The notes under the pieces are model-generated. The model did no database searches. It was not told the origin of the DNA and saw only the letters and a program-made list of their open reading frames with translations. A DNA stretch of 63,886 nucleotides, counting the filler, from Aduncisulcus paluster (lineage: Eukaryota): the NCBI GenBank assembly GCA_024181965.1. It is 10 parts of 10 records of this genome, joined end to end, with 100 filler letters (N's around TTAATTAATTAA, not from the genome) between each part and the next. Parts side by side here need not be neighbours in the genome. Positions count along the whole stretch, not along the records: positions 50,186 to 52,215 come from BQXS01000182.1; positions 52,316 to 55,352 come from BQXS01000183.1; positions 55,453 to 61,776 come from BQXS01000184.1; 7 more parts are not named here. One strand, given 5' to 3'. A program made the translations under genes and the position numbers. This document shows, piece after piece, positions 50,186 to 61,876 of this stretch (positions are counted from its first letter, which is position 1; the number at the start of each line of letters is the position of its first letter).

Positions 50186-51729
50186 TGCAAATAGCCATAA
50201 AGAAGACAATCTACCCCATTCATCTTCAAAATGATTCCTTTGTGAAGATGATCAAGATCATCAAGAAACTCGCTTAAAACAGCCATAGAAGGTTCTTTTG
50301 ATCTCTCTTCCAGCACTGTACATTCAACCCAAGCAGCATCTTTTGATCGATAAGTACTTGCAAAGTTGCATAGGGTGAATCTTACACACAAGGCTGTGCC
50401 ACCTCTGCCATCGATTTGAACCCCGTCCATGTACAGGATAATACCCACAAAGAATACAGGTGTAATCCCTTTCGATGTGCACCAAGTGAGGTAGTCATCA
50501 CAAGACATCTCGGGTTTGTCAGCTCTAAAAGAAGCCCACTCCTCTCTGATAACGTCATCAAACACCCGCTTTTCAGTAAGATTAGACCCACAGTATGTCT
50601 TCAAAGCTCGATGATACTTACCGAAACAACATGGATGTCCATCTAGTGTTGATGATGTTGGGGGCGATTCCAAGGGGGTGAAGTGGACAAACTCATTTAG
50701 ATGACAAAAGAGTAAATAATGGAGTGAAGATAGAGGAGTCATCCAGTAGAACTCAACAACAGACCCGGACGAAGAAGCGAAAGAACAGAGACGATGACTT
50801 TGGATTACATCTCTACGGATAAGTCTTAACAACTGCAAAGAAGGCAATTCAACAGTCGAAAGACCAAGATGTTTCCTATCCGCTTTCATACCTAATCTGT
50901 ATCTCTGGTATGTTGCGTGTGTCATACGCTTCAGGAGGGCATCACGGAATATTTCACACCCAAGATGAGACATCGTGCCGATCATTCTTGTTAGGACACT
51001 GATTGGATGCTCAAGGGAGGATTTATCGACAAGTTGGATCAGTTCCTGGTGTTCATCGGATAGCTCTGATGTCATGATGTCAGATGCATAATCAGGGATA
51101 AAAACAGATCCAATCGCAACGTCGCCATAATCGTATCCAAACCCATAGTCCTCGTATCCTTCTGGGATATTTCCTTCTGAAGGTGGTGTTGAAGAGTCAA
51201 CACAAGAGCTTTTGTCACAGAGAATTCCAGCTGCAGATGGAATAAGGGCACCACATTGTCCCTTTTGAGAGTGACTAGCTCTAACAACTTCATTATAATC
51301 GGAATAAATTTCCAGGACATTCGCCTGAGATAGTGCCTCAGCGGTATCGGTATCGCAAAGAATCATCACTTGTTCAGAAACCAATAGAAATCCTACGTGT
51401 TCAACTCGGGGAGATGTAGACGTATGCGCACAGATCACACGGATACGGGGGTCATCCTCAAAATTCGAGCACGAACAGCACAGAGCGTTAACATTCCAAA
51501 GTTCAGAATGTTTGTATGACTGTCGCTGACCCAAACCTATTCGGCAGTGGAAGCATCGCAAGAATATCTTGGCCCTTTCAAGGGAATCACGTCCATGAAC
51601 TTCGATTTGTCGAGTGAGAGAAGTTCTAACAAGGTGTTTCGTAACACTATCCAGCATATATACGCTAATTATCATAATTCCCTTGTAGCAAGATAGCGTT
51701 ATATTCCGAAGGTGGATTTGCCAGCCCAT
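50186..51729 (-). mobile_element. CACTA/Mirage/Chapaev (CMC, Plavaka-like) DNA transposase, N-terminal half (3'-partial)
   Basis: IILYMDG (first catalytic Asp, 50425-50427)...VRFTLCNFASTYR...LSEFLDDLDHLHKGI...LLYGYL follows the CMC transposase motif order; Cys-rich N-terminus (CFHC, CCSC). Confidence 0.65.
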
Positions 51730-52094
51730 GAAACATAAGGCACACTCAAATCGGCATCAATATCGACAAATTGCCAATCTAAAAAAGATAAAGTTGGCTA
51801 TAATACACATTGTGGCCAAACTAACTATAATGCGGTCCAATTTATTAATAAACAGATCTCGAGCGAACCAATCTATTTTTAGAATGTCCCTGAGAATGGT
51901 CACCACATCCTCCTCTCACTTGAAGAGGGCATCTCATGGCCGAAACCCTGTTCTCCTCTTCGTGATCATTCTCTTGGCGTAACAAACAACTATTATTTAA
52001 GCAAACAACACTCTTTGACCCGTTTATAGTAGCATATACCGGCTACAGACGGTATTCTGATCAAAATGGGCGCATGACGCATACAGCATCAATG

Positions 52095-52215
52095 CAAACA
52101 TGAACACACATACAATCACAATCAAATGGCGTACACATACAACACATAACACGACATATGGCGTACACACAACAACAACAACACAACACAACAACAACAA
52201 CACAACACAACAACA
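52095..52215 (+). repeat. CA-rich simple repeat tract (CAA/CAACA) with two 12-bp direct repeats ATGGCGTACACA
   Basis: Repeats at 52126-52137 and 52158-52169; the tract runs into the contig end. Confidence 0.85.
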
Positions 52216-52315
52216 NNNNNNNNNNNNNNNNNNNNNNNNNNNNNNNNNNNNNNNNNNNNTTAATTAATTAANNNNNNNNNNNNNNNNNNNNNNNNNNNNN
52301 NNNNNNNNNNNNNNN

Positions 52316-54243
52316 CCCCTCCATAGCATACACGAAGACCAGAGATTGAGCAATAAATACACAGCGCCAAGACGATCCATGAAATGCTGCACACACAGAT
52401 GGGTCTGAATGAAGGAAATAAGTTTGGGAAGAAGAATGAATATCACAGGGGGGATCACAGAGAATCGTCTCGGCATTGAATGTAGCAATTCCATATAAGG
52501 TAAACTGAGTAAGGGCGATGAACTGTGTATTTTTGGAAGGGAAGATACTCTATACAGAGCAACAGCATGGAGGGTATCAGAAGGAGCATCAAGTGAGAAA
52601 GGCGTGTCAGGAAGGATATCCCGAGGTAATCCAGTAAAGGCAGCCGAAGATCTAGAATAGGATGAGACATACGACTCAGAAACTCTGGACTCATGAGGGA
52701 TGTCGGAGAACGTTACTCTCTTTGAAAGGACTCTTGTGGAACAAGATAGATCAGGAAATTCCTTGGAGGTTGAAACATCTCCACGTTTTTGCATATCTTT
52801 GCTCGCAAGGCATGCCAATCCGAGTCCACCACCAGTGAGAAGGACATCTGCTTCATATCCATGCTCAGATTCTATTTCTTCCCTTTTTCGCCTCTGTGCG
52901 CTCATCTTATCCAATTTGTGGGACACGGGGAGTGGAAGAGAGGGAACAGACGCTGGAGCCAGAATAGATTGACAAATAAACTGAAGATTATGCATATGGC
53001 TTAGTGATGGAGCAGGACTATGCTTTGCAGTGTCAACAAGCTCTTTTTCTGACTTCTTCGTCGATTTTTCACAGTCCTTAAATCTCTTCTTCTCCTTTGT
53101 CACAATTGAGAACAAAGAAGGATATAAATATGGAACATCACACATCCAAATAGAAATTATATGCGTTACAAGCTCACAAAACCTTGTTATTTGGAATATA
53201 TGTGGAGAGACTGGAGAAGCAGATAACTTCGGAAGAGAAGAGGACACAGAAGGGGTATCATACAACTTAGGTCTCCAGCGTGTCTGAGGATGAGCATTAT
53301 GGACGTGATCCCGCGAAGATATCGGCTTTTCGAAGGAAAAAGAAGCAATTGGGAAAAAAGAAATAAAATGTTGATCCCAAAATAATGGAGATACTTTTCC
53401 TTTCTTTTTACCTCCAAAATAATATCTTTTTTGACAATTAGAATATGTCCACGATTCAATGGCACGGTCCCTTGTTTTCTCAACAATTCCAATCTCATGG
53501 AAATGCGCAGTGGGATCAACAACTTTTAACCATGGCAATAATAAAGATTGATATACTTGATCGTCTTCAAGTCTTTGAGTTCCCACCCAGAATAACCAGG
53601 CCAAGGTAAGTTCAAGAGTGGATACACGAACCGTCATATCAGTCATCGAAAAGACTCTATCAGCCCAAAAAGGCCCCGAAATAGATTTTTTAGCCTTGAT
53701 TGATTTTGGAACTAAGTCTCTTGGCAGATTATAAAAATAATCACGACTTTCATTATGNNNNNNNNNNNNNNNNNNNNCTTGATCGTCTTCAAGTCTTTGA
53801 GTTCCCACCCAGAATAACCAGGCCAAGGTAAGTTCAAGAGTGGATACACGAACCGTCATATCAGTCATCGAAAAGACTCTATCAGCCCAAAAAGGCCCCG
53901 AAATAGATTTTTTAGCCTTGATTGATTTTGGAACTAAGTCTCTTGGCAGATTATAAAAATAATCACGACTTTCATTATGTAACAAACAAACTACTTGCAT
54001 AAATGGAGAAGAAGGGTGAAAAATCTTTCTTAAATTCCTTGCAATTCTTCTAGAATCAGATGCAGCTTCCAAATAGTTCTTTTTAGCAGAATTCCCGAAA
54101 ACATTCTCTAAGAACTCAGGAAGGAGAACTGAAAACTTTTGTAGGCCTGATTCATTTGCCCTGGGCACATCACCCTCTCTAAAGCATTCATGTACAACGG
54201 ATTCAATTGGAAATAGCCCCATATCCTCCAAAATAAAAAACAT
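52316..54243 (-). CDS. Probable SMPD4 (neutral sphingomyelinase-3)-like protein, 3'-partial
   Basis: LLPEFLENVFG...IFHPSSPFMQVVCLL..E...YNLPRDLVPKSIK...STLEL...VYQSLL and LLPKLISFIQ...LLNLWSSCMLWR follow the SMPD4 motif order as recalled. Contains a 20-N overlap duplication. Confidence 0.5.
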
Positions 54244-54402
54244 CTCCAATCAACCTTGTCATCAGCACGAATTTCAATTTATTAGAAAGAATTATATTAA
54301 AAAAATAATTAATACACCATTTTCCATTTAAATCCCACATTATCTCATCAATATTATCCTTTACACGATATTAATCTCACCATTCAGTTTTTGGCCCAAA
54401 AG

Positions 54403-55352
54403 ATGGATTTCAAGTTATTAAAGGATGCTCAAGATTCTTATATCGAGGGCAATACAGAGAAATCTTTCGCTATTTATCAAAAATTGATTGATTTTGAAGA
54501 CGTCGATGTGATAAAAAATTATGTTGCTGCTGGAACAGCTGCTGGTCATGCCAAAGAAATTTTATTAGATGAAAAAATTGTGTCCCATGTTGTAACTGCT
54601 GATTATGAACTTGCAATGAATTTATCCATTGCTGCTGCCATCGAAGGTGATTTGAAGTTGTCAGAACACTACTTGAAGATTGCCCAAGAAAAAGAACAGG
54701 AAGAAATTGATGAAGCAGAAGAGGAAACACCTGAAGATGAGCATGATCCATATCTGGCTTTGCATTCCGCTGCTCTGGATATTGCTTCTGGAAAACGTCC
54801 TCCTCTTTCTCAACTTTGTGAATGGGTTTCTGAAAAGGATGATATGCACTTAAAAGCCATTGCTCACATGAATTCCAAGGTTCTTCTCGCTTCTCAGAAA
54901 AAACTCAAGCACGATACTGAGATTCAGGAATATCTGGATGAAATTGACAGAGATATACAAGAAGAAGAGATCTCCGCCTTACCTAAGTATCAAATCGGCA
55001 CTTATTCCTATTGTAAGCGCATGATCTCTACTAAAGACCCAGTCAGTACTTCCTATTCTTTTGTCCACATTCACCGGGCCAGAAATGCTATTATTGAGAA
55101 AGGAATAACAGTATTGAAGGCATTACCACTTGTATTACGTCTTTTAGACTGCCATTATCTTCCTGATGCTCTTTTGGGTGCTTGTGATCTTTGTGATGCT
55201 GCCATTGAAGCTTTTCCCAAAAATTACCATAAACTTGGAAAGTATGGAGTTGTGAAAGGTTGTGATGTCCTTCAAAAAATCCGTTCAATTGGAAAGAAGA
55301 TTGAATCTTTGAAAACTTCCTATCCCGAACACCATTCCTTCTCTTTGTTTGA
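54403..55352 (+). CDS. TPR-like protein, probable divergent SRP72 (3'-partial)
   Basis: AQDSYIEG....AIYQKL...NYVAAG.AAG...DYELAMNLSIA...SEHYLKIA followed by an acidic stretch resembles the SRP72 TPR region (Q.lYrlg....iYqkL...N.vA....yELayN.Ac). Confidence 0.5.
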
Positions 55353-55452
55353 NNNNNNNNNNNNNNNNNNNNNNNNNNNNNNNNNNNNNNNNNNNNTTAA
55401 TTAATTAANNNNNNNNNNNNNNNNNNNNNNNNNNNNNNNNNNNNNNNNNNNN

Positions 55453-58400
55453 ATTCCAGCCAGATCACTGACATTTGCATCAGAACATGAAAGGACAGGA
55501 GTGTCGTCAAAACCAGTCACAAGGGTCTTCAGGGAAGCAACACTGAAGAGAACTGGCGAAACAGTATCGTCAGCATGGTCAGAATTGGCTTCAAACAGAT
55601 CCTCAACACATGAATGCAAGGCATCATCTGCAATGACTTCAACACAATGCCCCGAAGTGGAAGAGTCAGACAAAGACCGACATTCATAACCATAAGCACA
55701 TCCACCAATACAATTGTTAGAGCTCGCAGTTGCACGCACGCATGAAATGGAAGATGCACTGGAATAAGTTGTGAACGAATCGCTCGCACAAACAGCAAAC
55801 CAGGTGTTGGACCCTGATTTGGTCTGGGTACAAACAATGTTCTCAGCGAGTGCATGTGCAGTGTCAAAGGGATCACACAGACAATCCTGGGAGTCACATA
55901 TAACAGTGGCAGATGTGCCAAGGTTGGCAAGGAAGTGGGATGCAAGATCCGCAGATGACAATTCACAAATATTGTTCGAGGTGAGATCAAGGTCAGCGAG
56001 TGTATCCGACAGTGCGTACAGTGGAGATGGATCACCAATGGAATTGGACACGAGTGAAAGAACCTCCAAGGGAAGAGCAGTTAGATGAATCAGATCATAG
56101 TCGTCAATCCCACATGAGTCAGCATATAACTCAGTCAACTGAGTATTATTCGATAACCAAGACAAATCAGAAATACCCGTTGAGTTGATATTTAAGGTAG
56201 TTAACTCAACAAAAGAATCGAAAAGAACACTGCGATCAGTAACTCCACTCAAATCACAGTTATGCATGTCCAGGGACTCCAATGTACTTGCTTGATCAAT
56301 AACAGGAGAAAGGGAAGTAATATTGGTCGCAGACACATTCAATTCAGTCAAAGAGGAAGACTGAGACAAGGTTGGTAAAGACGACACAAGAGAACATCCA
56401 GATATATCAAGGACTATAATGTTCGTATAACTTGAGAAAAGACTGACATCAGATAAATTTGTATGATTTGTCAGAATTACTTCCTTTACATCGATATGCT
56501 CAAGACCTTCGACGGTTGTGATAGAGGTGCTGGCTCCATCAAGAGATATGATGGCATTAGAGAAATCAATGCTCTTCAAAGAAGCCACACTAAACACAGG
56601 GACGGCATCTGAAGACTTGTCGGAAGTCAATATAATTCCAGATTCGAGAGCAACATAACTCCTGAGGGTGCTATCGACAATAACACTCTTACATTCTCCA
56701 GCTGTTGAACCAATGTCACTTCTAAGCCGACATTCTTGACCATATTCACATCCTCCAGAACAATTTGTGGTCGAATGCGATGCTTTGACACATGTCATGT
56801 TTCGTGACGCATCGTACAGTGCATATGAATCGCTCGCACATACAACGTACCACGATTCTGAACCTGGAATTGTTTCAAGACAGACCTTGTTGCTGGACAA
56901 GGCTGTAGAAGCGATTGCAGAGCATTNNNNNNNNNNNNNNNNNNNNGCAACATAACTCCTGAGGGTGCTATCGACAATAACACTCTTACATTCTCCAGCT
57001 GTTGAACCAATGTCACTTCTAAGCCGACATTCTTGACCATATTCACATCCTCCAGAACAATTTGTGGTCGAATGCGATGCTTTGACACATGTCATGTTTC
57101 GTGACGCATCGTACAGTGCATATGAATCGCTCGCACATACAACGTACCACGATTCTGAACCTGGAATTGTTTCAAGACAGACCTTGTTGCTGGACAAGGC
57201 TGTAGAAGCGATTGCAGAGCATTCACATGAGTTAGAGGAGGTATCAATAGTTCCAGATGATAAAATAGAATCCAAACCGGACCCACATATCATATTGTCA
57301 GAGAGATCGAGATCAGAAAGTTCAGAAAGATCGTAGAGTGGAGATGGGTCAGAAATATAATTACCAGAGAGGTCAAGAGTGACTATATTGGGGGTATCTT
57401 GAACTAGATAATGAAGCAAATGAATTCCCGAACTGTTGAGACTTAGTGACGTCAAAGATGCAGGTAAAATACCGGTTTGGGAATACCCAAACGAGTCATT
57501 CCCCGATATTGAGAGGATAGATAAGGATGAAAATGATGAAAAATCGGCGTTTTCGGCGAGACCAACATTATTGGCTGTAATAGATGTGAGATACGAGGGA
57601 AGGATAGAAGGCGAGGTCATAGAAATTCCACTGATATCCAGAGTCCTTAGAGAGTTGGGGAAACTAGCCACTGAGGGAGCAAAGGATGCGTTATTAGCGG
57701 CCAAGAGCGTTGTTAAGACCGTGAAAGAAGAAAAAGAAGCCGTAGAGAAAAGATTAACGTTATTTAAACTAAAATAATTAATAGATAGAGGCAAATAAGA
57801 AAGATTGGTTGCTCCAGGAGGAGTAGATGTGGATGAAAGGTCGTTATTGTCCAATGAAACACTCGTGAGATTGTTCAGATCAGATAAGAAAACCAAATCA
57901 TACGTAACTCCCGGTGAAAAAGAAGGCCTACTCAAGTTAATAGACGTGAGATTTGGGGCGTATTGAAGACCTCGGAGGCTTGAAATGTTCGTTTGAGAGG
58001 AGAGATCGAGAGTAGTCAGATTTTCCAACTCATAAAAAGGAACATGACCATCAGTACACGTAACAGAGCCAAGAGAACAAATATATGATTCGAGATCAGA
58101 GTCTGTAAACTTTACGTACTGACAAACATCGCCAAGGAAGTCGTCTTTGCACACACAGACGTGATTGGTTGAATCACACGAATCTCCACGAGCACTGGAG
58201 ATACTACAGGTATCTTCACTTCCATTGCTTGAAGTGAATACGGGGCATGTGGAATTACACTGAATTCCCCAATAGTTGGTGTCGCATAGACAATCGTCAG
58301 GATTAACACAAGAACCATAGTTACATTGGCTATCACCAATAGTGCCATAACAGATTGGAGAACAGGTATTATCTGTCGTAGATGGAAAATCATAACCAGA

Positions 58401-58892
58401 ATCACATGAATATGTCACATATTCAACGTCGATGGTCATCCAAGAAGTTCGCCAATGACGAAGAATAGTAATTTCATTATAATCAAAATCTACCTTAATA
58501 TAGATATTATTTTCAGTTAAATCGTCAAGATCTGTTATTTCAATCACGTCTGTGAAATAGGAATCCTCAAGATCGTAGGTGTTAGTTAGAAGAGTCTGAT
58601 TAATTTTTGTCCCACCATTTTCAGTATATACTTTCAACTTGACTGTCCAGTTATCGCTGTCATAACTACCTTGATTAAACTTAATTGTAAGTTTGGAATA
58701 CTTTTGATGATCCCCGAGAGATACTCCCAGTGTACCATCATACATGTCGTGATTACCAGAGTAATACCCATTACCAGATGTAAAACACGTTTGCAGATGT
58801 GTATTATATGTTTCAGAACGATTTTCAATAGAAATAACCATTGAAAATTGGAAAACCAACAATATTAAGAAAAAACAATGAATTAGATACAT
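55453..58892 (-). CDS. LRR / EGF-like Cys-rich secreted or surface protein, paralogue of 37905-44738 (3'-partial)
   Basis: Signal peptide, EGF repeats, LRRs (LRGLQYAPNLTSINL, ISDPSPLY), and the shared family module NKVC.ET.PGS.SWYVVCASDS...NCSGGCEYG.ECR...FSVASLK. Confidence 0.9.
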
Positions 58893-59247
58893 TGGTTGGT
58901 TATTTAAGAGAAACTACGTTTTAAATAATAAATATTTAATATAAAAAAACAATGAAACTATCGTAATTCGGGAGAAACCTTCATTCTTCCATTCTGGGTC
59001 GTAATTGACAGATATTATCTGAACTATAATTCTCAATATAAATTAAATATTTTTATTCGCTGAATTTTATTTTATTATCCCATTTATATTCATGTATTCG
59101 TGATATGAAGCAATCAATCACAATGATGATATCAGAAACAGGTAATAGGTATTTTGTATCTATTTTTGTCCATTTCTGTTTGTCACTAACAATATTTCGT
59201 CGTAAAATAGGAACAAAATACTCATTTGATTGCCCTTATGTGATTCC

Positions 59248-61776
59248 TTATATTCCTTCCCCCCATTGTGCCTCTCCAATCGTCCATTTCTTCCATAACT
59301 TCCACACTACTCTCCCCCAGTCCTCCTCAGTGATGTATCCACTCCCATATCTCCTTCCAAGCTGTGTGTCCAGACCAACGTAATGTCCATCTCCAGCCCA
59401 CCCAAGGATCATTCCCTCAGATGTCCTCTGAGTTCTCTCACTCAACTCAAGCAACTTGGAGCTGTGTGCAAGGCAGAAACTCATGAGGTGGATGATCTCT
59501 CGGACATCCTTCAGAGGAGTCGTTGGACAATGGACAAGAGGTCCTCCTGTCTTAAGTTCATGGGAGAGCAAAGGATGGGTGAGAACATGTTCTTTCCACA
59601 GGGAGGAATATACACTCGCAGCTCTATCATAGCCTCGTTGAATGAAATCTCTGAGACGAATGGGACCTTCGAACTCCATGTCTGTGTGGTATGTCCGCAT
59701 GTGACGAGGAATTGAACTTATGAATGTTGGGAGAAGATCACAATGCTTGCATATGGCATGATAATGTGAAGAGAAATAGTCTGGTTTGGCATGTTGAACC
59801 TTAGGAATGAGAAGAACTTGATCGGGAGAGATTGAAGGAAGGTCTGGATGCTGGTCATGTAAGGATACATAGTTCTTGCAGAATATCCTGCATTTGTTGG
59901 TCAAACACTTGGAGCTGAGCATTTGTGTTGGAAGAGTCACTCGCTGGGAACAAGAAGAGGACGGAACTTCTCCTCTGTATCCTTCAGGCAATCGTGTCTT
60001 CACACACTCCTCTTGAGGGATCTTTGTGGAAGCAAGGCAGTAATCCTTTGAGGGGACAGACCAATCAATCGGGGAAGTAGAAGAGGAAGAGGAAGAAGTT
60101 GAAGCTGAAGAAGAAGGAGAGGAGGATGTTCTATGGGCAGTATAATCCTTTGAGATATACCAGTATTTGACTCCGAATGTTTCTATCATCCTTTGACCAC
60201 TGTGGGGATGGAAACAGAGACAATAAGGAGACATGAGCATGGAGAAGAAGACAGAAGCAGCCGTGAAGTCAAGGTACTGTGTCGAAGGTCTGGACAAATA
60301 GACAGGCCTCGGATGGATTGGGTGCAAGAGAGGAGCATCAAGCAGGGATTGGACAGGATGGAGACGGTAGTAGCCATCACGAGTGAGCACTGTGGCTGAA
60401 GTAATAGATATATCCGAGTCCACACCACCAGAGATATGTGAGCAATCAGAGTGCAGGTCAGTATAGAGAGGAATATCTTTGACAGCTAAATGTGAGGATC
60501 TGACTTGTTCGATAAGATCTGAGGAATAGTCATCCAGATAAATGGGCTGTTTGGAGAGCTCATGGATATCTTTCACAGGAATCCTTCTCTGACGACCATA
60601 GTCACCATTCTTTTCAACAACTACATGTCTACGTTCGTTAGAATATCTCCATCCAAAGTCAAGAGTGAATGCCTTGGGTGTCGTATCACTAACATTACTC
60701 AGGGAAACCACCATAACCTTCATGACACGGCCTGTGTAAACTCCAGCCTCACACTCATCATGCACAAAGTCCTTCCACATGCCTCGAACAACCTCTCCCA
60801 AAATAGTTGCAGGATGAGAAAGATAGGAATACGCATGTGAGAGAGATTTGAACATTGATCTGTCTGAAGAAGAGGAGGAGAGGAAGAGAGAAAGGTCTGA
60901 TTCTGTCTCAGGGAAGACACAATCATGTGGAATTGGATCCAACATCTGTCTTCCACCTTCCTTGAGCTTTTCCCTTAACTCTCGTCTCTTGCGTGAGCTC
61001 TTATGTGGGCTCTTATGTGAGCTCTTATGTGAGGTTTCATGAGTCATGGATTTGTACTTGTCCACTTCTCTTGCACTCACCTGAGACTCTCTGACACAGA
61101 CCTGGACAAGAATACATCCTAACGCAAGCAAGGATATGATATGAATATTCCCGAACACTTCACAACACACTCTCCACTCGTAGTAAGCTCTTTGGAGGGA
61201 ATGGACAGATGGGACAGAAGGGAGGGTGAAGGATCTAGGAGTGAAGCGTTGTTTAGAGAAGACACAATCGACAGTGAACACTTCTGGAGTGTGATGATCA
61301 GGTTTCCCCATTGTTCCTTTCCCTTTCTTTCCATTGAGCTTGATCTCTTCATACAACCATGGTTTAAGGACATTCTCTTCACTTTTCTTTGCATATTCCT
61401 CCAACTCACCCACACTCAGCTCTTCTCTCAGTCTTTGAATGAACATGGCAACCCTGGAATCTACAGCAATCAGAGCACACGATGGAGTGTCACTGTGACG
61501 GACAGACTTGAACCATTTGTTACTCTTAGCATCAAGAGGGAGATAGATTGTGTCGTTGAAACCCAATTCACTCACTCTCACACAACGCTGGTTCAAGGAA
61601 GCGATGGCAGCATCAACAGAGATCTCAGGGAGGAAGAGGGAGAAAACAATCGTGTTCTTCTTTGTCCCTGGACGAAGCATGGGGACACACGTGAATTCTC
61701 GACCCTGATGTGGGAATGTGGACACTGTTTGTAACGGAACGGATGAGGGCTGGAAATCAAGGAATATGTGACTACA
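59248..61776 (-). CDS. Hypothetical protein with a possible C2H2-like zinc finger (5'-partial)
   Basis: Frame open from the contig edge for >840 codons; CKHC...HMRTYH motif; short SHKS repeats. Confidence 0.7.
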   Translation of the reverse strand, partial: CSHIFLDFQPSSVPLQTVSTFPHQGREFTCVPMLRPGTKKNTIVFSLFLPEISVDAAIASLNQRCVRVSELGFNDTIYLPLDAKSNKWFKSVRHSDTPSCALIAVDSRVAMFIQRLREELSVGELEEYAKKSEENVLKPWLYEEIKLNGKKGKGTMGKPDHHTPEVFTVDCVFSKQRFTPRSFTLPSVPSVHSLQRAYYEWRVCCEVFGNIHIISLLALGCILVQVCVRESQVSAREVDKYKSMTHETSHKSSHKSPHKSSRKRRELREKLKEGGRQMLDPIPHDCVFPETESDLSLFLSSSSSDRSMFKSLSHAYSYLSHPATILGEVVRGMWKDFVHDECEAGVYTGRVMKVMVVSLSNVSDTTPKAFTLDFGWRYSNERRHVVVEKNGDYGRQRRIPVKDIHELSKQPIYLDDYSSDLIEQVRSSHLAVKDIPLYTDLHSDCSHISGGVDSDISITSATVLTRDGYYRLHPVQSLLDAPLLHPIHPRPVYLSRPSTQYLDFTAASVFFSMLMSPYCLCFHPHSGQRMIETFGVKYWYISKDYTAHRTSSSPSSSASTSSSSSSTSPIDWSVPSKDYCLASTKIPQEECVKTRLPEGYRGEVPSSSCSQRVTLPTQMLSSKCLTNKCRIFCKNYVSLHDQHPDLPSISPDQVLLIPKVQHAKPDYFSSHYHAICKHCDLLPTFISSIPRHMRTYHTDMEFEGPIRLRDFIQRGYDRAASVYSSLWKEHVLTHPLLSHELKTGGPLVHCPTTPLKDVREIIHLMSFCLAHSSKLLELSERTQRTSEGMILGWAGDGHYVGLDTQLGRRYGSGYITEEDWGRVVWKLWKKWTIGEAQWGEGI

Positions 61777-61876
61777 NNNNNNNNNNNNNNNNNNNNNNNN
61801 NNNNNNNNNNNNNNNNNNNNTTAATTAATTAANNNNNNNNNNNNNNNNNNNNNNNNNNNNNNNNNNNNNNNNNNNN

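Noticed and set aside
52170-52215. Telomeric repeat
   Set aside because: Irregular CAA/CAACA units; no fixed telomere-like unit can be supported.
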